A DNA stretch of 64,000 bases from Octopus sinensis (Eukaryota): assembly GCF_006345805.1 (NCBI RefSeq), contig NC_043010.1, positions 66,216,001-66,280,000 of the forward strand. The letters run 5' to 3'. A program made the translations under genes and the position numbers. Shown here in pieces: positions 52,151-64,000 of this stretch (the first letter of the stretch is position 1; every line of letters starts with the position of its first letter). The notes beneath the pieces were generated by a model, which searched no databases, was not told the DNA's origin, and was given only the letters and a program-made list of their open reading frames with translations.

Positions 52151-53558
52151 AAGAAACAGAGTCGGTCTGCTGGCAGAATTGTTAAAGCAATGAAAAAAAA
52201 AAAAAGGGAAAAAGAACCTGGCTGTATTTGTTTTGGTTCTTTAGATTCTGAGTTCAAATCTGGTTGAGGTCAACTTTGCCTTTTAACTTTACAAAGTCAA
52301 TAAAATGGAGTCCGAGTCAAGTAGGGGAACAAAGGTGCTGACTAACTCTTCCCCTTAAACGATTAAAGTGAGTCAGATGGAGGAATCATTACAGTGCCAC
52401 CCAGGTCAGCCCTTCTGTTTGCTGCCCCCAGACCCCACAAAAAACACATATTGCCTACAGTAATAGCTTACAACAGCCATTGTTGTCACGACCACTTAAG
52501 TTCTGAGTTCAAGTCCTACCAACGTCAAATTGGCCTTTTGGCCTTCAGAGGCCAATAAAATAATGTACTGGGTTCAATTTAACCAATCAGCCCCTCCCCT
52601 CAAAGTTACTAGCCTTCTGGCTATATTAGAAATACCTATTCTTATTCTTCCAGAGTCATTAAAATAAAGTACTAGTTAAACAACTATTTGTTTCAAATTT
52701 TGGCACAAGGCCAGCAGTTTAGGGGGATGGGGTTAAGTCGATTACATCGTCCCTAGTGCCCAACAGGTACTTAATTCGTCGACCCCAAAAGTATCAAAGG
52801 AGAAGTCAATCTCGGCGTAATTTGAACTCAGAACACGAAGACAGATAAAATGCTGCTAAACTTTTTACCCGCCGTGTTAACAATTCTACCAGCTTACTGC
52901 CTTAAATTAAACAAATATTGATTTCAAATTTTGGCACGGGGCCGGCAATTTCGAGGGACAGGCAGCAGAGTCGATCACATCGACCCCAGTGATACTTATT
53001 TGGTTATGTTTGAATATGAAAGATAGCCATACACCCGCGGCCATCAGACTGATTTACGGGTACCTTGCACAGTATAGTATTAATAAACTTGTATAATTTA
53101 TACTTGTGGAGGCACGTGGTTTAGTGGTTAGGGTGTTGAACTCATGATTGTAAGGTTGTGCTTTCGATTCCTGGACCGGGCGTGGCGTTATGTTCTTGAG
53201 CAAAACACTTCATTTCACGATGCTCCTGTCTACTCAGCTGGCAAAAGTGAGTAATCCTGCAACGGACCGGCGTCCCGTCCAGGTGGGGAATTTCTACGCC
53301 ACTGGAACCGAGAAAACGGCCCTTATGAGCCTGGCAAGGCTCGAGAAACAACATTTTAAAAAATAATTTATACTAGTGCTCCGGTGCCTGTATTTCATTT
53401 CATTATCCAAGTAAATTTTAATATTTGCTTAATTTAAGGCGGTGAGCTGGCAACATGCTTAGCAGCATTTCGTCCATTTTTAAATTCTAAGTTCAAATTC
53501 CACTGTTGTCGATGAAATAAGTAGCAATCTTTTGTTTTGACTCGACACCGGGTATATT

Positions 53559-53970
53559 GGATCTTTTCGGTTTGAACGGCAGTTTTTTCTAGCGGTGTCA
53601 TATGAAATTGTCACCCATAATTATGACCCTAGTATCGATCTATTGCATGTCAATCTCTTTTAGGGTTAGGGGTGGGGGAAGGGTATATTTTTTTCTTCAG
53701 AAATGTAAATAAACCCAATCTGTTTCTTAAACGAGGGACATATTCATTCAGCACAGAATGTTTTTCAACTCAATAGTCGTCATTGATTGGTTGAAATTGC
53801 AGAAATTGAAGGAAAAAAACAACAAATATCTTACAAACTATAGAATTTTCTCAATAAAGCCAAAAGAAAATAGATGTTTTATAAACACATTCTACCAGTA
53901 TACGAAGTTTAAAAGTGTTTAGTTACGTGGAAATTATTTTAAAAAACTGCCGTTCAAACCGAAAAGATCT
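53559..53970. mobile_element. 412-bp MITE with 29-30-bp TIRs and an 8-bp TSD, about 0.5 kb upstream of the UBLCP1 ATG
   Basis: gatcttttcggtttgaacggcagtttttt at 53560-88 is perfectly inverted at 53941-69; flanks are ggtatatt / ggaatatt (7/8). Confidence 0.85.
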
Positions 53971-54319
53971 GGAATATTTGTCTCCTTCGGCATAAATTAA
54001 CGGGGATTATAAGAGATTCCGGATCTCCAGTGTCCGAAAAGTCAATGTCGTATCTGTGTTATTTAGATGTGGGAAGGCGGCGAGCTGGCAGAATGGTTAC
54101 TGCGACGGACAAAAGATTAGCGGCATTTCGTCCGTCTTTACGTTCTGAGTTCAAATTCCGCCGAGGTCAACTTTGCCTTTTAATCTTTTCACAGTCGATA
54201 AAATAAGGTGTCTGAGCACTGGGGTTCGATGTAATCGAACTAGCACCCCCTCCCACCAAAATTTCAGGCCTTGCGCCTATGATAGAAAGGATTAGTTAGA
54301 AGATGGGAGGACGAGGACG

Positions 54320-54400
54320 TTAACACGTGCCGAGAGATTCTGTTCGGAGCCGTCGGTAGGCCGGAAGTAGCAGTCACGTGTACGAACCGGATATCCGGCT
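54320..54400 (+). promoter_or_regulatory. Putative UBLCP1 proximal promoter
   Basis: CpG-retaining stretch about 90-165 nt upstream of the ATG with CACGTG (54324-29), ETS consensus CCGGAAGT (54361-68), GTCACGTG E-box (54373-80) and palindrome CCGGATATCCGG (54387-98). Motif-only evidence. Confidence 0.55.
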
Positions 54401-54486
54401 ACGTCCCCTCCCTCAATCAGTTCGTGTTTTGTTCATCAATAATAACAACGTCGAGAATTGTCAACGGTTCCGTCTTGTCTGCAAGG

Positions 54487-54652
54487 ATGGCAGCAGACAC
54501 CCCAGTAGAGATGACTGTCCGCTGGAGTGGAAACGAGTATAAACTGACCGATCTGACGAGTTCGAACACTGTCGCAGATCTAAAGTCCAAAATACAGAAC
54601 TTGACCGGAGTTCTTCCTCACAGACAGAAGCTGTTAGGCCTGCAGTATAATG
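54487..54652 (+). CDS. UBLCP1: UBLCP1 coding exon 1 (ubiquitin-like domain), MAADTPVEMTVRWSGNEYKLTDLTSSNTVADLKSKIQNLTGVLPHRQKLLGLQYN(G)
   Basis: Matches human UBLCP1 IVKWGGQEY...LTGVLPERQKLLGL. The GT donor at 54653 (gtttgc, weak) keeps frame with the next exon. Confidence 0.92.
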
Positions 54653-57600
54653 GTTTGCGCTTGGATTTCATCGTTCTGTTCATTGTTTTGATGTTTACTG
54701 CCTTTAACTTAAAACCTTCTATTTACAGCCTGGTTAGAAGAGATATAGGATTATTTAATTTTATATTTTAAAATGCAGGCACGATTCGATGAAGTCGAGC
54801 TTGTTCGGAACCTAAATCAGGCTTAGAATTCGAGCCTTTTAAAATTAGGAGACGAACTAAAGAAAAGGAAAGAAAAAAAAAGATGTGGCGACCCTTAGCA
54901 TGTATTAATTTATTATAATTATCTTCTTCAATTTACGCAATTAAAATAATAGACGACCCATTATAATTGCAATCTGTCATTTATTACATTTATTAAAATG
55001 GAATATGAGTAAGAGTGACCGTTGCCGAAATGAGTCAGAAGATGGAAAATAATTTCCTTTATGAAACTATGACATTGCTGTTATAAACATCAGAGCTTAG
55101 TAATGAATGATTTCATCAAACATTCATTTTGATTCGATTGACGAACCCAAATCTATTTTTATCTCATTTTAAAAGACATAGTAATTTATCTAGGAATATA
55201 AAGTTAAGCGCATTATTAATATTATTATTATTATTATTATTATCATCATCATCGTTCATCTGATTCTTTTTGTGTATGAGAAGAACTGCCGTATTATGAA
55301 GTACAAATCCTTGTGATCAGTTTAAATTACATAAACATGTGTGTGTGTGTAAATATAGGCCTGTGCAAGAAACATTAAACCGAAATCATTTTTTTTTTTT
55401 TAGCCTGAATTTAAATTTGATTTGTTTGTCATCATTAATTAAAACTTATGGCTTCTGATGATTACTGAATATAAGCAAACATAACCTTCGTGAAAGGATG
55501 AAGAATTATAAGGAATAGGGAGAGAAATGTACAAAAGCCATTGGCCTTGAAGAAATAATATCTTTATTGGTGTGTTTCATAGATTCCTTTTCTGTTTATA
55601 GACGTGGTTTGTGTTCCGCTATTACCTGTTTATGATACGTGTTGCAATTAATAAATATTATAAATTAAAAGTTAAGGACTATGAGCACACCTCTTTCTCC
55701 CTTTTCACCCACGCACTGAAAAGGGTTGCCATCAAATCGTTGTTTTTGTTCTTATTTAGCTCTAGTTCAACCCCAATCGAGCAAACCCATGAACAAAATT
55801 ATTCCAGTCATGGCTATGCTTTCCTATTAAGGATTTATAGGACAACATTATCCATCGTCTTCTTACCCGATGCAAAACAGTAAGCGTGATTTGTTTGGGG
55901 GAGATTTCGCTGTTATTTCTAGCAGTTCGAGCGTCCGCACAGAAACTTCCCCTGTGGTTGCCTTCCAAACAGTCGTTCCGAGTTCCATTCCCTGTCGACA
56001 CTGGTCGTATTTGAAAACTGTCCGCGTCAATCGTTAAGTTTATTATGGGGATATCTTCAGTCAGACATTGTTTTGAAATCATAATTCTTTTATTAAAGAC
56101 TATATGTTTTTGTTTTTTTGTAGACACACGTACATTGTGCATTGGGTGTGTGATGTATTAGTAATACTGGTGTTAGGTAGAGTACAAGCTCAGAAGTTTT
56201 TAGTTCAAACTCACTGCAGGGGTTTAGCCCTGCACTTAAATCTGCCGAATGCTTTCTTTTGTTTTACCTATCTGTCACCAATAAGTACCAGAGAGATCAT
56301 TTGGGTATGTTAGCTGATATACGCTGGTACTTTTTTTCAGTGGATGTACATTTCATCCGCATCCGCCAAATATTTTGAAGGCAGTCCTAAGCCATATTAA
56401 TCTAGTGGATTTATCAGACTTCAGACGAATGCTTACAGCCCACGTTCGAAACCGAGTACCATCTGCTTTACCAAGCGAGATAGTGGATGACATTTTTTAT
56501 TACGTAGATGATAATATTAAATATTTTAAAAACTAATTGAAATTAGGAAAGTTTTTATTTTTCAGCGATATAGCAGGAGTGACTGTGTGGTAAGTAGCTT
56601 GTTTACCAACCACATGGCTCCGGGTTCAGTCCCACTGCGTGGCACCTTGGGCAAGTGTCTTCTACTATATCCTCGGGCTGACCAAAGCCTTGTGAGTGGA
56701 TTTGGTAGACGGAAACTGAAAGAAGCCCGTCGTATATATGTGTATGTTTGTATGTCTGTGTTTGTCCCCCTAGCATTGCTTGACAACTGATGCTGGTGTG
56801 TTTATGTCCCCGTCACTTAGCGCTTCGGCAAAAGAGACCGATAGAATAAGTACTGGGCTTACAAAGAATAAGTCCCTTGGTCGAGTTGCTCGATAAAAGG
56901 CGGTACTCCAGCATGGCCGCAGTCAAAATGACTGAAACAAGTAAAAAGAGAAAGAGATATACTTTTACAAATTTTGGATCAGAATAAAATTCCAATAGAA
57001 TAACGATATTTAAGTTTATTCCGAGTTCAATTTCCACTGAGGATAACATTGCCTTTCTTCCTTCCAGGGTTGATAAGTAAGCACCAGTCAAATGTTGGAC
57101 AAGGTTGAAATAACCTTTTAGTATTCAGATGACTTTATCGAATGTAATTCTTTTATTTGTTTGACTGCGGCCATGCTGGAGCACCGCCTTTTACTCAAAC
57201 AAATCAATCCTAGGACTTATTCTTTGTAAGCCTAGTACTTATTCTATTGGCCTCTTTTGCTGAACCACTAAGTTACGGGGATGTAAACACACCAGTATTG
57301 CAGTACTAATTGTCAAGTGATGGTGGAGGACAAACACAGACACTGTAGCTATGGCCGATGCCAGTGTTGCATGTCCAGCCAATTTAAAAGTACGCTTGAT
57401 GCGTTGGGCGATATGATATGCTTGAGAAGACCTGTTGAGTTAAGTAAAACCAAAATCATAGCTGTGGCCTGTGGCCAGTACCCCCGACTGGCTCCCGTGC
57501 CGGTGTCATGTAAAAAGCACTCTCTCAGCATGATCAATGCCAGGCCTGCCACTGGCATCTGTGCCAGTGGCACATAAAAAGCACCCACTATGCTCTCAGG

Positions 57601-57754
57601 GTGGTTGGTGTTAGGAAGGGCATCCAGCTTTAGAAACACTGCCAGATCAGATTGGATCCTGGTTCAGCCACTGGCTCTCCAGACCTAAGTCAAACTGTCC
57701 AACCCATGCCAGCATGGAAAATGGACATTAGATGATGATGCATTTATGTGTGTG

Positions 57755-57787
<33 letters not shown>

Positions 57788-58229
57788 ATCTATATATATA
57801 TATCTATATGTGTGTGTGTGTGTATCTATATATGTCAGGCTTCTTTTCAGTTTCTGCTTACCAAATCCACTCACAAGGCTATAGTAGAAGACACTTGCCC
57901 AAGGTACTACGCAGTGAGACTGAACCTGGAATTGTGTGGTTGGTAAGCAAGCTACTTACCACACAGCCACTTCTGCACCTATAATGTTTATTTATTCACA
58001 TTGTTTTGAATTAATTATGCATTATCTTGCAGCTTTGAGATTTCAATGGTCTTATTGTATGTTTTAGAATGACAGGGTCAGTGCAGGAGGCCAAAATCTG
58101 GCCAGTCTGAACATAAAACAGAATCTTTAGGATGGATGTGGCCAGTATAAATGTTAATGGGTTACTCAACTAACTCCACCTTTTAAATTACTAGTTTCAT
58201 GACTATGTGAGATAAAATTGGAAAAGGCA

Positions 58230-58550
58230 ATATTAATCTTGTGGGACCATGGATCTGCTCCTAGAAACTCTTCTTTTGACTTTGTTGGCAGAACAACATC
58301 TGTTGTAATCATAGAGGTCACCATGTGCGGGACAGTCCTGATCACAGCGACTACACTTAAAGGTGCGGTTCGCCACTAGTCTTGTTCTGGTTGCTCTTTT
58401 TGGTAAATTTGCTTTTTTCCTTCCAGCAATCCCCAGCCTCTCCTCTCGTATTTTCAAAATCTTCGTCTAGCTCCTGTCTCCAGTGGGAGCGATTAGCAGC
58501 AGTATCCATCCGCTTTTCAATGTTCCTATTAAGAGGCTTTATGTTGCTTT
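58230..58550 (-). mobile_element. RTE-type LINE 3' ORF fragment; further RTE-like scraps at about 33058-33270 (-) and 45200-45350 (+)
   Basis: FKCSRCDQDC..GDLY C-terminal zinc-finger-like segment and AANRSHWRQ; at 33058 RMSQERIARRIL; at 45280 LFNSTLLPSFLYASKMWTTTK. Confidence 0.5.
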
Positions 58551-58980
58551 TTTAACCCTTTAGCCCTTTTGTTACCATATTTCTGTTGAGATTCTCTGTG
58601 TTTCTTTCAATTAATTTTAAATATAACAATTTACACACCACCAAGTCTTACTTAGTTGCAAATGACAACTATCACCGTCACCATATTTGACGGCATAAAA
58701 GACACACTGGCATATTAGACACAACACCCCAATTTCTTCTGCACATATTCAAGAATAAATGCTGTAGTGCCTTAAAGCTTATGGGAGGCCTAGCATTGCA
58801 TATAAGACTTGGGGTGGAATTTTTGAGAATTTTTGGAAGGAAAATGCTGCATCTTATATACTATCAAATATGGTAATTGTTATTGTGTCTTTTGTTGTTC
58901 CTATAAGTCCAATGTAAAATGGTATTTTCACCAATGTACAAAGAACAAAATATCCCCTATCTAATTGTTTATTATTCCAG

Positions 58981-59072
58981 GTCGACCTCCAGAGGATGAC
59001 ATTCAACTTGGAACCTTAAAACTCAAACCTAATCTCAAAATAATGATGATGGGTTCCAGAGAAGACGTTTTG
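58981..59072 (+). CDS. UBLCP1: UBLCP1 exon 2, (G)[30 protein letters not shown]
   Basis: 92 nt with ttccag/gtaaat boundaries; matches human [22 protein letters not shown]. Confidence 0.96.
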
Positions 59073-59669
59073 GTAAATTATTTTTTTTTACACTCTTTTT
59101 TTTTACTTTGCTTTATCTGGAGGCATATGGCCTAGTGGTTCATGAGTTGCACTGACATTCACAAGATTGTGGTTTCAATCTCTGGACTGGGTGATGCCTT
59201 GTGTTCTTGAGCAAAACACTTCATTTCATATTGCTCCAGTCCACTCAGCTGAAAATGAGTAACAGCAGTAACAAGCAAGTTGACCCTTTGATCGACCGGC
59301 ATCCCATTCAGGAGATGAGTGTTGTGATCTCAGTTACTTCATCGCCATGGAAACAAGGCCAAACTCCTGATGAATCCTAGGGTTCTTGACAGATTCTGCT
59401 GTTCACTTGTACACTGTATGATCATAGTAAATAAGCATCATTATCAGCAATGTTATTAAAAAAAAAAGGGAAAGTTATCATCTCGAGTCCTGCTGACTCA
59501 TAAGGGCCAGTTTCCCAATTTGCATGGCGTATATACTTCCCACCTGTATATTCAGTGGCCCTTCAGTTTTACTAAGCTGTGTAAAAGAACTTGGCAGGTT
59601 GGGCCTCTAACTAGTCCTTTTGTGATACCCTTAAAGCTAGGAACTTTTCAGCAACCCCTTGTATGTATG

Positions 59670-59705
<36 letters not shown>

Positions 59706-59710
<5 letters not shown>

Positions 59711-59872
59711 TGGCGAATGCCAGACAGAAGAGGAGATAATAAAGTAGTGGTGATCCCAAAAGGAAGGAGCGCATGCATGTGTATAAGAGAGCATTATGTG
59801 CGTGTGGCAGAGGGGTGGTGACCTTGATGCGTGTGTGTGTGTATATGTAGGTGTGAAGATGTGGGGCTGGGA

Positions 59873-59909
<37 letters not shown>

Positions 59910-60124
59910 TATATACATATATGTGTGTGTGTGTATGTATATATATATATATATATTCCCAGCCCCACATCTTCACACCTACATATACACACACACACGC
60001 ATCAAGGTCACCACCCCTCTTCCACACGCACATACATGCTCTCTTATACACATGCATGCGCTCCTTCCTTTTGGGATCACCACTACTTTATTATCTCCCC
60101 TTCTGTCTGGCGTTCGTCATGATA
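59706..60124. repeat. 419-bp foldback element (about 170-bp unique arms plus a self-complementary TA/CA/TG centre)
   Basis: Arms are reverse-complementary with about 5 differences; lies in UBLCP1 intron 2. Confidence 0.96.
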
Positions 60125-60278
60125 GATCGCTAGTCACTACATATTCTTTATTTTCTCTCCTTGTTTCTTTCTGTGCAAGAGTGTAGGCTCGAAACATTAC
60201 AGACCTTTTCACTTCCCAAGCGTTAAACTGATACATCTGTTTGTTGTCTATACCACCTGCCTTCATCTTGTGAATTCT

Positions 60279-60312
<34 letters not shown>

Positions 60313-60416
60313 AGAATTTTTATATAAAAACTTTGGGCAAAAACATGTTAACAGTATGAGATGAAATATCTCCTTTCTAACAATTTGATTTTTTTTTTCT
60401 GTGTTTTAATGTCTAG

Positions 60417-60502
60417 GCTGAAATGCAAGAACCACCTAAAAATTTATCAAATTTAGTCAATGATTTTGAGATGGAAGATGAAGAGATTTCTATTGAAAAT
60501 AG
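60417..60502 (+). CDS. UBLCP1: UBLCP1 exon 3, AEMQEPPKNLSNLVNDFEMEDEEISIENR
   Basis: 86 nt with tag/gtaaga boundaries; matches human VVNDFDIEDEVVEVENR. Confidence 0.93.
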
Positions 60503-61269
60503 GTAAGAACCAGTTTCCAGTTTGATGTTCTCAAGTGTTAAACAACTTTACTGGTATATCTGTCTACTGTAGAGACTATGATTCACTTTTTGTGCATTGA
60601 AATAACATAGCATCATGCCAGTACAGGTGTCAGTTAAACCCACCCTCGCACTAAAACCTGTAATATTATGCTTATCTTAGATGTTGTTGTTGTTTTTCTG
60701 GCAGAATTGTTAACATGCCAGGCAAAATGATTAGCAGCATTTTGTCCAATTTCATGTTCCGAGTTCAAATTCTGCCGAGGTTGACTTTGCCTTTCATCCT
60801 TTCAGGGTTGATGAAATAAATACCATTTGCATACTGGGGTCAATCTAATCAACTGGTGCATCCTCCCCCAAAATTTCGGGCCTTGTACCTTTAGTAGAAA
60901 GGATTATTATTATTAATAATAAAAATGATGATGATAATATTCTTTTCTACTCTAGGCACAAAGCCCGAAATTTTGAGGGAGGGGGCTGGTCAATTAGATT
61001 GACCCCAGTATACAAATGGTACTTAATTTATCAACCCCAAAAGGATGAAAGACAAAGTCGACTGTGACAGAACGTGAAGACAGACAAAATACCATTGTCG
61101 TTTAACGTCCGTTTTCCATGCTGGCATGGGTTGGTCAGTTTGACTGAGGGCGGACGAGAAAGAAGGCTGCACTAGGCTCCAATCTGATCTGGCAGTGATT
61201 CTACAGCTGGATGCCCTTCCTAATGCCAACCACTCTGAGAGTGTAGTGGGTGTTTTTTACGTGCAACCA

Positions 61270-61610
61270 GCACAGGAGCCAGTCAGGTGGTACTGGCATC
61301 GACCACACTTGGATGGTGCATTTTACATGCCACCGACCCAGGAGCCAGTCAGGTGGTACTGGCTTTGGCCACACTTGGATGGTGCTTTTTACGTGCCACC
61401 AGCACAGGCAGTCAGGTGGTACTGGCATCGGCCACACTTGGATGGTGCTTTTTACGTGCCACCAGCACAGGAGCCAGGCAGGTGGTACTGGCTTTGGCCA
61501 CACTTGGATGGTGCTTTTTACGTGCCACCGGCACAGGCAGTCAGGTGGTACTGGCATCAGCCACACTTGGATGGTGCTTTTTATGTGCCACCGGCACAGG
61601 ACCAGTCAGC
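61270..61610. repeat. About 6 tandem 54-57-bp modules inside a retroposon copy in UBLCP1 intron 3
   Basis: Repeated gcacaggagccagtcaggtggtactggc..ccacacttggatggtgctttttacgtgcc. Confidence 0.9.
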
Positions 61611-61869
61611 CAGCCCTCTGCAATCATTTTGACACCTGACACATGGTACACTATGCATCTGTTCAGACAACGTCAATTTGATGGTGGAAGTCAGCTAATG
61701 TTCAGCACAAACATTTGATCACAATAAACAAATCATTTGTACAGGTCATTAAGCAAACACTGAACCCTTACACATCATCTTCAACAGGAGAGTCCATCAT
61801 TATTATTGTTGTTGCTGTTGCTATTCAAATAAACATATTTTTGACTATTTGCCAATTTTTATTTTGAAG

Positions 61870-61985
61870 GGAAGAGCACCTTGCTAAAATTGAAAAGCGT
61901 GTCAGAGATTATAATGTGACCGTTTTAAACCCACCCAGAGATGGGAAAAAGCTGTTGGTGTTGGATATTGATTATACTCTGTTTG
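61870..61985 (+). CDS. UBLCP1: UBLCP1 exon 4, [38 protein letters not shown](D), containing the HAD DxDxT motif
   Basis: 116 nt with aag/gtaagt boundaries; matches human [21 protein letters not shown]. Confidence 0.97.
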
Positions 61986-62212
61986 GTAAGTCAATAATAT
62001 ACTCTTTATTCTTTACTCTTTTACTTGTTTCAGTCATGTGACTGTGGCCATGCTGGAGCACTGCCTTTAGTCGTGCAAATCGACTCCAGGACTTAGTCTT
62101 TGTAAGCCTAGTACTTATTCTATTGGTCTCTTTTGCCGAACCGCTAAGTTACGGGGACAAGTGATGTTAGGGGACAAACACAGACACACAAACATATACG
62201 CACACATACATA

Positions 62213-62263
<51 letters not shown>

Positions 62264-62499
62264 GTATGTATGTATATAGACGATGGGCTTCTTTCAGTTT
62301 CCGTCTACCAAATCCACTCACAAGGCTTTGGTCAGCCTGAGGCTATAGTAGAAGACACTTGCCCAAGGTGTCACGCAGTGGGACTGAACCAGGAACCATG
62401 TGGTTGGTGAGCAAGCTACTTACCACACAGCCATGGAAACTTTACTATGACATAAGAAAATAATTAATAACTAACCATTGTCGTTTTTGTCTTACACAG

Positions 62500-62598
62500 A
62501 TCACAAGTCAGTTGCAGAACGAGCAGAAGAACTGATGCGACCATTTCTTCACGAATTCCTCACAGCTGCCTATGAAGATTACGACATTGTTATATGGT
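62500..62598 (+). CDS. UBLCP1: UBLCP1 exon 5, (D)[32 protein letters not shown](S); gene continues beyond the window
   Basis: 99 nt with cag/gtgagt boundaries; matches human [24 protein letters not shown]. Confidence 0.97.
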
Positions 62599-62719
62599 GT
62601 GAGTAGTTGATTTTATTTCCAATGATAATTTTGTTTCAGCTCATGTTGTATTGATAAGAATTGTTGATGCTGTTATTGTAGAGTACCTCCATTCTTTGTT
62701 ATGCATTATTCATTCACAG

Positions 62720-64000
62720 GTCCGCCTGGCTGGCTCCCATGCTGGTGGCACATAAAAAGCACCATCTGAACGTGGCCAATGACAGTACCCCCTGACTGGC
62801 TCCCGTGACGGTGGAACATAAAAAGCACCATCCGAACGTGTCCGATGACAGTACCCCCTGACCGACTCCCGTGATGGTGGCACATAAAAAGCACCATCTG
62901 AACGTGACCAATGACAGTACCCCCTGACTGGCCCCCATGACGGTGGCACATAAAAAGCACCATCTGAACGTGTCCGATGACAGTACCCCCTGACTGGCTC
63001 CGTGACGGTGGCACATAATAAGCACCATCTGAACACGTGGCCGATGATAGTACGCCCTGACTGGCTTCCGTGACGGTGGCACATAAAAAGCACCATCCGA
63101 ACGTGTCCAATGATAGTACCCCCTGACTGGCTCCCGTGACGGTGGCACATAAAAAGCACCATCTGAACACGTGGCCGATGACAGTACCCCCTGACTGGCT
63201 CCCGTGACGGTGGCACATAAAAAGCACCATCCGAACGTGTCCGATGACAGTACCCCCTGACTGGCTCCCGTGACGGTGGCACATAAAAAGTACCATCCGA
63301 ACGTGGCCGATGACAGTACCCCTTGACTGGCTCCCGTGACGGTGGCACATAAAAAGCACCATCCGAACGTGACCGATGACAGTACCTCTTGAGTGGCTCC
63401 CATGCCAGTGGCACATAAAAAGCACCATCTGAATGTGGCCAATGAAAGCACCTCCCGACTGGCTCCCATGACAGTGGCACATAAAACGCACCATCTGAAC
63501 GTGTCCGATGACAGTACCCCCTGACTGGCTCCCGTGACGGTGGCACATAATAAGCTCCATCTGAACACGTGGCCGATGACAGTACGCCCTGACTGGCTTC
63601 CGTGACGGTGGCAGATAAAAAGCACCATCCGAACGTGTCCAATGATAGTACCCCCTGACTGGCTCCCGTGACGGTGGCACATAAAAAGCACCATCTGAAC
63701 ACGTGGCCGATGACAGTACCCCCTGACTGGCTCCCGTGACGGTGGCACATAAAAAGCACCATCCGAACGTGTCCGATGACAGTACCCCCTGACTGGCTCC
63801 CGTGACGGTGGCACATAAAAAGTACCATCCGAACGTGGCCGATGACAGTACCCCTTGACTGGCTCCCGTGACGGTGGCACATAAAAAGCACCATCGAACG
63901 TGAACGATGACAGTGACAGTACCTCTTGAGTGGCTCCCATGCCAGTGGCACATAAAAAGCACCATCTGAATGTGGCCAATGAAAGCACCTCCCGACTGGC
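62720..64000. repeat. 66-68-bp minisatellite, at least 19 copies, running off the window
   Basis: Unit ggctcccgtgacggtggcacataaaaagcaccatccgaacgtgtccgatgacagtaccccctgact; starts about 120 nt after the UBLCP1 exon 5 donor. Confidence 0.97.

Noticed and set aside
54424-54771. 115-aa ORF as the full UBLCP1 first exon
   Set aside because: Homology covers only 54487-54652. The alternative-start extension and the hydrophobic tail past the 54653 donor are UTR or intron read-through.
62770-62810. Hammerhead-like ccgatga-cagt..actg in the 66-bp unit
   Set aside because: The core starts CCGA rather than CUGA, and no GAAA follows the stem.
62706-63988. Three overlapping 413-424-aa minus-strand ORFs
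   Set aside because: They are read-throughs of a stop-free 66-bp tandem unit, antisense in a UBLCP1 intron, with no recognisable domain.

Overview
AT-rich, repeat-dense animal genomic DNA, very likely an Octopus species (inferred from the SINE and microsatellite landscape, not from a search). Two divergently oriented genes can be reconstructed by hand from GT-AG exons. (1) Huntingtin (HTT), minus strand: six coding exons from the ATG at 23157 down to 1073. It encodes 237 N-terminal residues with an N17-like helix, no polyQ/polyP tract and the first HEAT repeats, and continues off the left edge. (2) UBLCP1 (Ubl-domain HAD/CTD phosphatase), plus strand: five exons from 54487 to 62598 including the DxDxT motif, continuing off the right edge. 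The rest is introns and intergenic DNA filled with several tRNA-derived SINE families, RTE-type retroposon tails, two mariner elements, a Tc1 element, a decayed Helitron helicase split by a mariner, hAT/pogo/piggyBac-like MITEs, long microsatellites and two minisatellites with higher-order structure. The most notable non-obvious signal is a canonical type I hammerhead ribozyme motif (12267-12349, HTT-sense strand, intronic) nested in a 53-bp inverted repeat. Three more minimal or variant hammerhead-like loci and several near-perfect foldback hairpins are also present. Almost all ORFs in the supplied track are low-complexity or repeat artefacts.
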